DNA from: Desulfurococcales archaeon
Lineage (GTDB): Archaea; Thermoproteota; Thermoprotei_A; Sulfolobales; WANQ01
Reading direction: 5' to 3'
Length of the DNA: 64,000 nt
NCBI GenBank assembly: GCA_027030065.1
Contig: JALVFK010000132.1
Span: forward strand, 8,977 to 72,976
Below the pieces are notes generated by a model. The model made no database searches. It saw nothing but the letters and a program-made list of their open reading frames with translations, and was not told the DNA's origin. The translations under genes were made by a program, and so were the position numbers. Shown here piece by piece: positions 1 through 8,272 of this stretch. Positions within the stretch are counted from its first letter, which is position 1; each line of letters begins with the position of its first letter.

Positions 1-270
1 AGATAACGTTTTTGCTCCATTCTTTAGTTTCTTCATAAAACTACTTGCGGGTCCTCTCTCTTCGGGAATATAGTCTGTTATCTTGAACCCCTTATCCAAT
101 ATGATGTTATGGAATAAGGGGTTCTCGGGGTTCCTTAGATATTCTTCAACCCATACACACTTACCTCTAGTAACCTCACATATATTCCCACTTCCACCCC
201 CGCAGGGGCCATTGTACATCAGTTTCGGACAGCCCTTCAATGGTATCTCTTTAGACACTATGATTTTCAT
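1..270 (-). CDS. Partial CDS (N-terminus in window, runs off the window start): MTHFR C-terminal-type Cys-rich domain protein
   Basis: Own translation of the minus strand from ATG at 270-268: MKIIVSKEIPLKGCPKLMYNGPCGGGSGNICEVTRGKCVWVEEYLRNPENPLFHNIILDKGFKITDYIPEERGPASSFMKKLKNGAKTLS... CPKxMxNGPCGG is the hallmark of the methylene-THF-reductase C-terminal-like domain. It starts 17 nt downstream of the MtrH-like gene. Confidence 0.5.
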   Translation of the reverse strand, partial: MKIIVSKEIPLKGCPKLMYNGPCGGGSGNICEVTRGKCVWVEEYLRNPENPLFHNIILDKGFKITDYIPEERGPASSFMKKLKNGAKTLS

Positions 271-287
271 TGTCATTTCAACTCGTT

Positions 288-1253
288 TTAGCTACTAGAT
301 GTAAACATTTTTTGAACATTTTTCAAAATTTTTCTTAATGGATGATTCCTGTTTACTCGTACTCCCTCGTATCTAGCTAAATAACCAAGTAATCCGTCGG
401 CGAAAGCAACTGCTGGTGCAACGTATTTTATCCTTTTAACTGGTCCATACATTATGAAGTCTGCTCCCATGAGGCGTAGGAAGACAGCTGTACCTCCGTG
501 GATTCCCGCGACTTCCTCGATCTTGAACTTGGTTTTTGAGACAGGGCCTAAAGCGTTAGCTGGTGCGCACCCGGATGGGAATCCGTATTTGTCTTTAACC
601 AATCTTATTGTAGCGGCACTAATACCTATGCTGGCAGGATCCAATACAACTGCATCAACGAGAATATTCTCTATACCAGCCTTTCTTGCTAGAGGTATTA
701 GTTTTTCCTCTAAAACACGTAGCCTGTCATCGGGCATCATGGATTGGTGAGGATTTGCTGGATCAAAAGCCAACAATACTGCAGTTTTAATTCCTGAATC
801 TTTAATAGCCTCTAACTCTCTAGGCTCAGTATTCGTGTATAAGCCGTTAGCAACAGTTCTCTCAGCTATTCCGAGTTCTTTCGCTAGACCATATGCTTTA
901 ATACGTGCGTCTGGATCCGGTGAATCAATAAATAATACCAGGTCCTCAATACTGACTGCAAACATCATTATATTGTCAACGCTTTCTAGGCTAGGAAGTA
1001 TTAAGTCGACAGCAAAGCGCACACCATAGTTCTCGGCTAAATCTTTTGCACTCATTAACTGTTTTCTTGCAGCCTCTTTGTCTACTATGCCCTTGTCCTC
1101 ATCAATTAATAGTTTATCACCGTGATAGAATAATGAGCCTACTAAGAGCACTGGGTTATCGCCGGGAACACCACCCACTACTATGTCTTTACCTAGTCTA
1201 ACAAGTTGCTGACTGGCATTGAAATGAGGTCTTAGTTGAAGTTTGCTTATCAC
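288..1253 (-). CDS. MtrH-like (pterin-binding) methyltransferase
   Basis: 321-aa ORF. Length and overall sequence pattern recall tetrahydromethanopterin S-methyltransferase subunit H family proteins. The assignment is from memory, not from a diagnostic motif. Confidence 0.5.
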   Translation of the reverse strand: MISKLQLRPHFNASQQLVRLGKDIVVGGVPGDNPVLLVGSLFYHGDKLLIDEDKGIVDKEAARKQLMSAKDLAENYGVRFAVDLILPSLESVDNIMMFAVSIEDLVLFIDSPDPDARIKAYGLAKELGIAERTVANGLYTNTEPRELEAIKDSGIKTAVLLAFDPANPHQSMMPDDRLRVLEEKLIPLARKAGIENILVDAVVLDPASIGISAATIRLVKDKYGFPSGCAPANALGPVSKTKFKIEEVAGIHGGTAVFLRLMGADFIMYGPVKRIKYVAPAVAFADGLLGYLARYEGVRVNRNHPLRKILKNVQKMFTSSS

Positions 1254-1374
1254 TTAGATCACCCTATACATTACACTCTAAGAAACGCTATACCTAGGGT
1301 ATAAAACTATTACATATCAATGAGAATAATCTGATAATACTGTCGATAATAAGCAATGTGTCTAATAAGAAAGG

Positions 1375-1755
1375 TTACTCAAGGTATTCCTTAAGGTCTA
1401 CCTCCTTACCACCACGTTTAACAAAACGTATCTTCATTTCTGGTCTAATAGGTACTCCGAGACGATTAAGGAGTTCTAACATTAATACGCCGTCGATTTC
1501 CTTTATAATACCTCTCTTTACTAGTTGAGCTATAACGCTTACAGCATATTCAGTAGCCTCCGGGTATTCTCTAAACGCGCGGTCAAGAAACTCTCTAGCC
1601 TTACTATCTGCTAGGACTTGTTCAACTATTTTCCTAGGGCTCTCCTGCTCCTTCTTTCTGAGCTCTTCTTCTCGTTTAGCTTCACTTATCTTTCGGAGGA
1701 TCCTGCTGTAGAGCTTCATTTTCAATGTTGGTGGTAAATCTTCTTCGCTCATCAA
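1375..1755 (-). CDS. PDCD5/TFAR19-like dsDNA-binding protein
   Basis: 126 aa. A Lys/Glu-rich N-terminal helix is followed by KAREFLDRAF...VIAQLVKRGIIKEIDGVLMLELLNRL, which is typical of archaeal PDCD5 homologues. Confidence 0.6.
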   Translation of the reverse strand: MMSEEDLPPTLKMKLYSRILRKISEAKREEELRKKEQESPRKIVEQVLADSKAREFLDRAFREYPEATEYAVSVIAQLVKRGIIKEIDGVLMLELLNRLGVPIRPEMKIRFVKRGGKEVDLKEYLE

Positions 1756-1802
1756 TATCCCCTTTTACTCTAGATATAATGTTAGGGTCTTAAACTTAGT
1801 GT

Positions 1803-2699
1803 TCATTTAAGATCTCTGAAGTATATTTCCCTAATAAGCCTCAATATTCTTCTCCTATATTTTTCTCCAAGTATTCCTAGAAGAGTGTTTACGGCGTTTC
1901 TACGGATAATTGAAAGATCTGTTCTCCCTAAACCTTTGGATATAAACCATATAAGACTATCAATATTTAATGGAGGTATCCCTGCTATTAATGCAACTCT
2001 TCTCCACGCCTCTCGTGGAACATCACTATAACGCAATAGTAGTTCTTCTAATTCTCTTATACTCCCTACAGTTACCCTTACATCAACTATTCCTGAAGTA
2101 TATGATAGCAAGCTTATCCTACGGTCAACGGGGATCATGATATCTAGGGGGAGAACTAAGTCTATACCTCCAGCTCTAGCCGCGTAGTAGGCCATTTTAA
2201 CTGCAAAAACCACGGTTTTGGCGTCTAGTCTAGAGCCTATACCGTTAGCTATAACGACTAATAGTTTATGGATATCCTCTAAGAGTTCTCGGCACCTAGT
2301 AAACAAGAGGATATGGGCTCCGGATTTTTTAAAGCGTGTCAGCCTATTGGCTTTCTGTTTAAACAAGAATCTATTATACCTTGATTTAGACAGAAAATCT
2401 ATAACTGTATCAACTATGAGATCAGGTCCCACGTCAATAGGGAGTCTTTTACTGGTAAAATAGTCAGAGAATTCTAACCAGTAATCCTCTCCGGGCCCCG
2501 TCAACCTATAACTTACAAGAGCGTTAGATACAACAGCAAGACATGTTTTCTCAAGACTCCTAGTCTTCTCATATATTCTCCTCACTGCAGTAAACTGGGG
2601 ATCAAAGTTTTCTACTCTCTTGATAGCCTCTAATCCTATCTTCCCTATGATGTCTCCAACAGCTTTCACTCTATTATTATTCAAGACTAGGGGATACAC
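1803..2699 (-). CDS. Archaeal 8-oxoguanine DNA glycosylase/lyase (AGOG family)
   Basis: Alignable by eye to Pyrobaculum AGOG: DPQFTAV, NALVSYRLTGPGEDYWLEFSDYF, KTVVFAVKMAYYA, LPLDIMIPVDRRI. Confidence 0.85.
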   Translation of the reverse strand: MYPLVLNNNRVKAVGDIIGKIGLEAIKRVENFDPQFTAVRRIYEKTRSLEKTCLAVVSNALVSYRLTGPGEDYWLEFSDYFTSKRLPIDVGPDLIVDTVIDFLSKSRYNRFLFKQKANRLTRFKKSGAHILLFTRCRELLEDIHKLLVVIANGIGSRLDAKTVVFAVKMAYYAARAGGIDLVLPLDIMIPVDRRISLLSYTSGIVDVRVTVGSIRELEELLLRYSDVPREAWRRVALIAGIPPLNIDSLIWFISKGLGRTDLSIIRRNAVNTLLGILGEKYRRRILRLIREIYFRDLK

Positions 2700-2700
2700 G

Positions 2701-3327
2701 TTAAAATCCTCCCACTAGGAATAATATCAGTTCTCTTATAGCGTAGTATAATTTCTCGTAGTCTATTGACGGAGGAATCCTAGACTCGTTTCTCCTGAGA
2801 ATCTCAACTACGTCTCTATGAGTATATGGTATATGAATAAACCCTACAACTCTACTAGTATGCAATGAATAGTAAAGCATTAAGTAGAATACATAATTAC
2901 ATAGAAAAGTACCAGCATGATAGGAAACAGTAGCGGGTACATTGTTGTCAAGTAGTACTTTTACAGCCTCCTCTGCATTCAACGTGGACTCTAAAGCAAG
3001 TGGCCCATTTTCTATTATCCTAGTATGTTTTAAGACTATATTATCATTATCGGGGATTCTAGAATGGGCATAGTTTAATGCTATCTTCTCGATACTTACA
3101 ACAGTCCTCTGAGACGATAACCCAAAAGACAATACTATATCGGGTTTAATGTTTTCTAAAAGAAACCGGATAAGCCTCTTCGACCTATTATAAGATACGG
3201 GTAAAACAGCACCATAAACTATTGCTTTCCCAACAACTTCTCCATCAAGTCTAGTTGCAAGTTCTTCAGTAGGGTTCAACGGTTCTTTACCGAATCTCTC
3301 AAAGCCAGTTACAAGAACACGAAACAT
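2701..3327 (-). CDS. pcp: Pyrrolidone-carboxylate peptidase (pyroglutamyl peptidase I)
   Basis: MFRVLVTGFERFG..NPTEEL N-terminus, GTFLCNYVFY (Cys nucleophile context), GFIHIP (His). Length 208 aa. Confidence 0.9.
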   Translation of the reverse strand: MFRVLVTGFERFGKEPLNPTEELATRLDGEVVGKAIVYGAVLPVSYNRSKRLIRFLLENIKPDIVLSFGLSSQRTVVSIEKIALNYAHSRIPDNDNIVLKHTRIIENGPLALESTLNAEEAVKVLLDNNVPATVSYHAGTFLCNYVFYLMLYYSLHTSRVVGFIHIPYTHRDVVEILRRNESRIPPSIDYEKLYYAIRELILFLVGGF

Positions 3328-3417
3328 TATGAAATCCTCCTACTAGCAAGTATATTTGTGGAAAACGTTATAAAACACCAATAAGCAACGAGAATGCTGT
3401 AATAAGGGCTATCTGGT

Positions 3418-4374
3418 TTGGAGTTCAAGAAATTTCTCATAGAATGGTTTACGGGCATATACGATAGAGTAACGTTATTAGAAAAACTTTGGGGTAGAGA
3501 CTACGGGCACCCTCAGAGAAGTTTCTATTCTACGGAACTACTGGGTAAGCTTGAAGCAATAATAATACGGGATCAAAAATATGGTAGGCCTTGCTTTCTC
3601 TCAGTAAACTATTATACTGGAGAACCAGGTAAACCGGGAGAACCAGTAGCATTAGAGAAAATATTCTTTGACCTAGACTCACCGGAAAATATCGAAAAAG
3701 CTCGAAGAGACGCTAGAAAACTCGTAGACCACTTATCATCTTATTGTAAACCACTAATAGTGTTTAGCGGGGGAAAGGGTTATCACATATACTGTTACCT
3801 TGAAAAACCAGTTGAAGGTTCAAGAGAATATCTTAAAAACGTACTAGAAGCATTGTATGACGTACTAGGGATCCATGGAATGAATCTACCTACACTTGAT
3901 GAACGAGTATTAGGGGATGTTTCAAGATTATCTAGAATACCATACACGCTACACAATAAGACAAGGAGAAAAGCCATACCATTAGACCATGATTTTAAGC
4001 CAATTTCATTGGAGTCTTTTAGCTTAGCCGAATATATTTCAAAGACGCTAAGGCAAAAACATATTTCCGAGGCATTGAGCCAGGCACTAATATTGGAAGA
4101 GCTTAAACCTAAACGCACAAGACGTAAAATTAGGCAACACAGGATTACTTGGCTGAAAATATTTGAGGACAAGAAGATTCTGCAAGAAATATTAGAAGAG
4201 GGTAGGACTTATGGAGAAGAACCAGAGGAAATAGCCAAGCAACTAGTACTATATTTTAGAAACATTGAGATGAAAAATAGAGATGAATGCTTGAAAATAA
4301 TGATTGATTGGTGTAAGAGAACCCGATTACTAAGAGAAGATAAAGTCAGAGAAATAGCGTCAAAGTATTGTTAG
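3418..4374 (+). CDS. Archaeo-eukaryotic primase (AEP) superfamily primase-polymerase-like protein, non-canonical
   Basis: AEP catalytic motifs in order: FFDLD (DxD, nt 3670-3678), FSGGKGYH (nt 3766-3786), RLSRIPYTLHNKT (nt 3934-3963). TTG start. The basic/helical C-terminal third has no recognisable family. Confidence 0.6.
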   Translation: MEFKKFLIEWFTGIYDRVTLLEKLWGRDYGHPQRSFYSTELLGKLEAIIIRDQKYGRPCFLSVNYYTGEPGKPGEPVALEKIFFDLDSPENIEKARRDARKLVDHLSSYCKPLIVFSGGKGYHIYCYLEKPVEGSREYLKNVLEALYDVLGIHGMNLPTLDERVLGDVSRLSRIPYTLHNKTRRKAIPLDHDFKPISLESFSLAEYISKTLRQKHISEALSQALILEELKPKRTRRKIRQHRITWLKIFEDKKILQEILEEGRTYGEEPEEIAKQLVLYFRNIEMKNRDECLKIMIDWCKRTRLLREDKVREIASKYC

Positions 4375-4556
4375 CGGGGCCCCGTGTCTATTACGAATAT
4401 TTTACATGTGTATTAGATTTATTCACATATACGTTTCAGCTGCATATGATAGTAATTGATATATGGTTCTCATTTAGTGTATAAAAGCTACGTAAATTAT
4501 CACCAGTACTTAGATACAGAACTGAAAAATGTGCATATTCTCTTACATTACATTAC

Positions 4557-4565
4557 CTTTATAAG
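4557..4565 (+). promoter_or_regulatory. TATA-box-like element (ctttataag) upstream of the wHTH gene
   Basis: A/T-rich octamer resembling the archaeal TATA consensus, 54 nt upstream of ATG 4619. Confidence 0.3.
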
Positions 4566-4618
4566 TACTAGAAACTATACGTTTCACAGTATGTAAAAAG
4601 AGCAGAGTTGTAACAATA

Positions 4619-5308
4619 ATGGAATTTCAGCCCGGTAGAGTTTCAAGTTATAGAAAGGATCGTAAATACCGTTCAGAAATGAATATTATATCGGATATAC
4701 TGTTGTCTTTTAATAAAAGTGCTAGTGGAGCTATAGGTAAAACGCGGATAATGTATGCAGCAAATCTAAACACAAAAATGCTGTCAGAATATTTAGAGAA
4801 GTTAGTAAAGTATGGTCTAATAATAGAAGAACAAACAAGTAGCAGAGTAGTGTATAGGATAACTCCTAAGGGAATACTAACGTTAATGATATTATTAAAG
4901 CTGAGGGCTCTTCTAGATGTTAAAAGTGAACACAATAATAGAATTGAGCTATTAGAAGCAATAAAAGAATATTTTACGAAAAACACGCGGTCTAGAATAA
5001 TGGAATCATATACTGCTCTGGGAGAATCAGGGCTAATACACTACTTCGACTTAATGATAAAATTAGAAGGCAACGAGTATGCAGCAGTATACATATCTAC
5101 AACCTCAAACAACATATCTTCACTTGAATATTTATGGTTCATACTAGGCCTATTAGATTCGGGAGTTAAAACGGGTATGTTTATAGAAATAGGTTCAACG
5201 GCAAGACTTGAGAAGCGTATGTATGATAGAATAGAGGTATACAAGCTAACACTTCCAAGAAAAGATCAAACTATGGTTAAATCATTTTTAGCTCAGATTA
5301 CTGAGTGA
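4619..5308 (+). CDS. Winged-helix (HTH_45/DUF4364-like) putative transcription regulator with uncharacterised C-terminal domain
   Basis: N-terminal pattern IISDILLSF...GKTRIMYAANLNTKMLSEYLEKLVKYGLI...YRITPKG is typical of small archaeal wHTH proteins. The true start may be ATG 4679 (MNIISDIL...). The C-terminal ~120 aa are unassigned. Confidence 0.45.
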   Translation: MEFQPGRVSSYRKDRKYRSEMNIISDILLSFNKSASGAIGKTRIMYAANLNTKMLSEYLEKLVKYGLIIEEQTSSRVVYRITPKGILTLMILLKLRALLDVKSEHNNRIELLEAIKEYFTKNTRSRIMESYTALGESGLIHYFDLMIKLEGNEYAAVYISTTSNNISSLEYLWFILGLLDSGVKTGMFIEIGSTARLEKRMYDRIEVYKLTLPRKDQTMVKSFLAQITE

Positions 5309-5313
5309 TTTTT
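5309..5313 (+). terminator. Oligo-T tract immediately after the stop codon of the wHTH gene
   Basis: TGA 5306-5308 is followed directly by ttttt. Archaeal termination typically uses oligo-T. Confidence 0.3.
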
Positions 5314-5384
5314 CCCGTTCCTTTCACCTAGTAAATTTAACTACCGTTTGAAAAATGCTCTTTTGTGCCTGGTAGTGAACAAGT

Positions 5385-5419
5385 AGTATTCTTGTGGAAC
5401 AGTTTTTCACAAGAATACT
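5385..5419. promoter_or_regulatory. Perfect 12-bp inverted repeat with 11-nt spacer (agtattcttgtg-N11-cacaagaatact)
   Basis: Read directly: left arm 5385-5396, right arm 5408-5419. It lies between the wHTH gene and the TATA-like element of the TasA-like operon. Confidence 0.4.
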
Positions 5420-5467
5420 ATATAGCTCAATGCCTTTCAAATCCTGCAGATTTTTCCTACAATATTC

Positions 5468-5475
5468 TTAATATA
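5468..5475 (+). promoter_or_regulatory. TATA-box-like element (ttaatata) upstream of the first TasA-like gene
   Basis: Lies ~40 nt upstream of ATG 5517 (GTG 5508). Confidence 0.3.
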
Positions 5476-5507
5476 AGCGGGGGTGTAGTTGTATTCAACA
5501 CAAATAG

Positions 5508-6071
5508 GTGTACTACATGAACTACACATCTTCAAAAATAGTAGGAATACTAGCATTAACCATACTATTAGCATCACTAGCGACAGCATACGCAATGTGG
5601 GCAGAGACGCTAAGGATAAACGTAACAATCAATACGGGTGAAGTAGATGTAGAGTGGAGTGATTGGGCATGCAGTGACAGAGGACCAGACCCGCAAGCTC
5701 CAGGTTTCAATAACAGTGAGGGTAAAGACGTAGCATCATGCTATGTAGAACCAGAGATCTACGACGATGAAGGCGATGTAATAAAACTAAACGTAACAAT
5801 AACCAATGCCTATCCAGGATATAATCCAGAGTTCAAATTCCTAGTAGACAATATTGGCACCATACCAGTAAAACTATTAAACTACACAATAGAGGGCGTA
5901 AATACTACAGCATTAAATGTAAGCATGATAATACCTGACGACACCCAGATACACGCAGGAGAAGACCTAACAATCGGTATGGATGTAGAAGTACTACAAG
6001 CAGCTCAAGAGAATGCAACATACACATTCGAAATAACACTAGTGTTCGCGCAGTGGAACGAGGTACCCTAA
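5508..6071 (+). CDS. Secreted TasA/camelysin(M73)-like beta-sandwich protein, paralogue 1
   Basis: Signal segment ending LATAYA|MWAE, then LRINVTINTGEVDVEW, DNIGTIPVKL, and a C-terminal ...ITLVFAQWNEVP. This is the same architecture as B. subtilis TasA (ASGTLDL ... ENNGSL ... FEATQWNG). The likely real start is ATG 5517. Confidence 0.65.
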   Translation: MYYMNYTSSKIVGILALTILLASLATAYAMWAETLRINVTINTGEVDVEWSDWACSDRGPDPQAPGFNNSEGKDVASCYVEPEIYDDEGDVIKLNVTITNAYPGYNPEFKFLVDNIGTIPVKLLNYTIEGVNTTALNVSMIIPDDTQIHAGEDLTIGMDVEVLQAAQENATYTFEITLVFAQWNEVP

Positions 6072-6085
6072 CGATAACCTAAGAC

Positions 6086-6754
6086 GTGGTGTGTACTAAC
6101 ATGAACTTTCAGGAAAAGATAATGGCGCCAATAGCGATAGTAGCACTACTATTGCTAGTAACAGTATCGTATGCAATGTGGTATGGTGAGCTAAAAATCA
6201 ATGGCAACGTACAGACAGGTGAGCTTGACTGGGAATTCGTCCCGAACACGGTAATACAGCTAGATACATGTGACTTCAATGTACCAGACACTAATGTGCC
6301 GCCAGGAAATAATAGTGAAGGTAAGGATGTAGGATGTACTGATGTTCAACTAGTGGATACTGATGGAGATGGAGACTATGATGCATTGAATATAACAATG
6401 CATAACGTCTACCCATACTATTACGAACACATAGCATTCAAAGTACATAATGATGGAACAATACCCCTAAAGATATGGCGTGTAATAATAGACGGAAAAG
6501 AATACTATGAACTTAACGAACACGTACTACACACAGGAGTACCCTTAGACCTAGATGGAGATGGAGAAAATGATACGATGATATGGTGGGGCGATAACTT
6601 TGGAGTACAATTACATCCGTGCGAGAGCGCTGATATAAGCTTAGACATAACAATATTGCAGCCAGCACCAGAAAACGCTACACTACACATGCTGATACAG
6701 TTCCAAGCAATAGCGTGGAACGAATATGAGAGTGCACTACCAACATCACCGTAA
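6086..6754 (+). CDS. Secreted TasA/camelysin(M73)-like beta-sandwich protein, paralogue 2
   Basis: TVSYA|MWYGELKINGNVQTGELDWEF, NNSEGKDV (shared with paralogue 1), HNDGTIPLKIW, and a C-terminal LIQFQAIAWNEYE. Alternative start at ATG 6101. Confidence 0.65.
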   Translation: MVCTNMNFQEKIMAPIAIVALLLLVTVSYAMWYGELKINGNVQTGELDWEFVPNTVIQLDTCDFNVPDTNVPPGNNSEGKDVGCTDVQLVDTDGDGDYDALNITMHNVYPYYYEHIAFKVHNDGTIPLKIWRVIIDGKEYYELNEHVLHTGVPLDLDGDGENDTMIWWGDNFGVQLHPCESADISLDITILQPAPENATLHMLIQFQAIAWNEYESALPTSP

Positions 6755-7033
6755 GAATACAACTAGGTCATCAAAACAAAATAGATAAAATAGAATAATA
6801 TGGTAGGAGGCCGAGCAATTTTTAGCTCCGTGTCTACAAAATATTTTTTCAAATACTAGTCCCATAATTTTGTTAATAATTGTATTGCAATCATAGTAAT
6901 AGAGTATAGTCTTGAACGTTAATATACTATGCCGTAAACTGTATTTTTGTTCTATAGAAATTCTCCCACACCCCCATATACTCTAACTACACTACTCATA
7001 TATAGCGTAGAGTAAAAGCGGTGCAATAAAGAA

Positions 7034-8272
7034 GTGAATACAAATAATACAAAGTATCGGGTAATAACGGCATTATTATTGGTCTTAGCTAGTAAATTAT
7101 TACTATATGCTGGTTTGCTTAAGGGGTATTCCGCCTATGTGGTGCAGCCTTTTCTATGGTTTCTAGCCTTCTTTATACTTTTTGATATAGTTGACAAAAA
7201 GAGTGCAACTCTGTATATATCACTATTACTTGCATCAATAAATATAGGAGCATTAATGGTTATAGGTATTGTAAGTGGTTGGGGATTAAACTCCTATGAC
7301 ACAAGCATATATGGTATAGTCTTAAATATACTACGCATAACGCCCTATATTTTAGGGCTAGAATTTCTAAGAGCAGCTATATTCCAGCGTTTAAGAAGTT
7401 ATAAATCACTAGACCGTAGCATAGTCTTATTTGCAGTATTGTTTACAGTTATAATGGTGTCTTTATCTAAATTTATTCTATCCTTTAGTGATGAAACAAT
7501 AATGTTAAAGCTAATTATATCGTCACTACTACCAGTGTTCTCGTTGAACTTGTTTCTATCATATCTATTACTTGGAGGAGGCGTTTGGAATACCGTATCG
7601 TTCTCGCTAACAACATACGTGTTTACATTTATTGCACCTGTTTTACCAAATATTCCATGGTATATTGAGGGTATAGCGTATACAGCAATATACTTGATCC
7701 TAATAATGTTCACAATACTGGTATTAGGCGAAGTTGGGATACCGAGAATAGAGTTAAAGAAAAACACGTTAACCAAGAAGATAATGGGTATTGCATCGTA
7801 TCTATCAATTCTAGTAATCCTACTACTAATATTCATAGGTGGTTTCAAACCCTTTGTTATTGCTTCGGGGAGTATGGAGCCCAATATAAATATTGGAGAC
7901 ATAGTATTGGTACAACCTACAGATATAAATGAAATAAAAGTTGGCAACATTGTAGCCTACCATGTAAGCAATAGAATACTAGTGCATAGAGTAGTAGAAG
8001 TCCTCAACAATAATGGCAAGATATATCTTAAAACTAAAGGTGATGCAAACCTTGACGCTGACCCAGGACTTGTAACTGAGAGAGCTGTTCTGGGGAAAAT
8101 AGCTTTCACTATACCGCGGGTAGGGTTTATAGTATTGGGGTTCCAGTACGTGATGGTCAATTACCCGTTTCTTCTACCAGCTTTAATAATAGGCTCGCTT
8201 CTACTCTATGTTATCCTAGCCCTAGTGGGCAAAGATATTAGAAAATACATGGCATGGAGATGTGGTATATGA
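7034..8272 (+). CDS. ER/archaeal-type signal peptidase I (S26B, SipW-like) fused to an N-terminal ~270-aa polytopic membrane domain
   Basis: C-terminal domain: ASGSMEPNINIGDIVLV (Ser), ILVHRVVEV (His), KTKGDANLDAD. The N-terminal part carries about 8 hydrophobic helices. Confidence 0.8.
   Translation: MNTNNTKYRVITALLLVLASKLLLYAGLLKGYSAYVVQPFLWFLAFFILFDIVDKKSATLYISLLLASINIGALMVIGIVSGWGLNSYDTSIYGIVLNILRITPYILGLEFLRAAIFQRLRSYKSLDRSIVLFAVLFTVIMVSLSKFILSFSDETIMLKLIISSLLPVFSLNLFLSYLLLGGGVWNTVSFSLTTYVFTFIAPVLPNIPWYIEGIAYTAIYLILIMFTILVLGEVGIPRIELKKNTLTKKIMGIASYLSILVILLLIFIGGFKPFVIASGSMEPNINIGDIVLVQPTDINEIKVGNIVAYHVSNRILVHRVVEVLNNNGKIYLKTKGDANLDADPGLVTERAVLGKIAFTIPRVGFIVLGFQYVMVNYPFLLPALIIGSLLLYVILALVGKDIRKYMAWRCGI

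Noticed and set aside
83-298. 71-aa plus-strand ORF from the ORF track
   Set aside because: It is antisense to a much better minus-strand reading frame (ATG 270 running down to the window start) that carries the CPKxMxNGPCGG motif. The plus-strand product has no recognisable features.
1254-1374. C/D-box-like elements (aatgaga ... ctga) in the MtrH/PDCD5 intergenic region
   Set aside because: The C-like and D-like boxes are only 5 nt apart, which is far from the required ~12-nt guide spacing, and there is no second box pair.
4375-4384. GC-rich palindrome cggggccccg considered as a tRNA fragment or att site
   Set aside because: It is too short, there is no flanking tRNA-like T-arm or acceptor sequence, and no second copy occurs in the window.
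3328-5507. Integrated plasmid or virus remnant hypothesis for the prim-pol plus wHTH segment
   Set aside because: I found no integrase, no tRNA gene, and no direct repeats of 10 nt or longer shared between the left (3328-3417) and right (5309-5507) borders. It is kept only as a possibility under the prim-pol finding.
6755-7033. 279-nt gap after the TasA-like genes scanned for small RNA genes or ORFs (ttgatga on the minus strand; a 19-codon ATG ORF at 6806)
   Set aside because: No D/D' boxes occur at the proper spacing and the mini-ORF has no support. The gap is most simply a terminator/promoter region for the peptidase gene.
7399-7950. 183-aa minus-strand ORF inside the signal-peptidase fusion gene
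   Set aside because: The plus-strand frame carries the SGSMEP/HRV/GDAN peptidase motifs and continuous TM helices. The antisense ORF has none.
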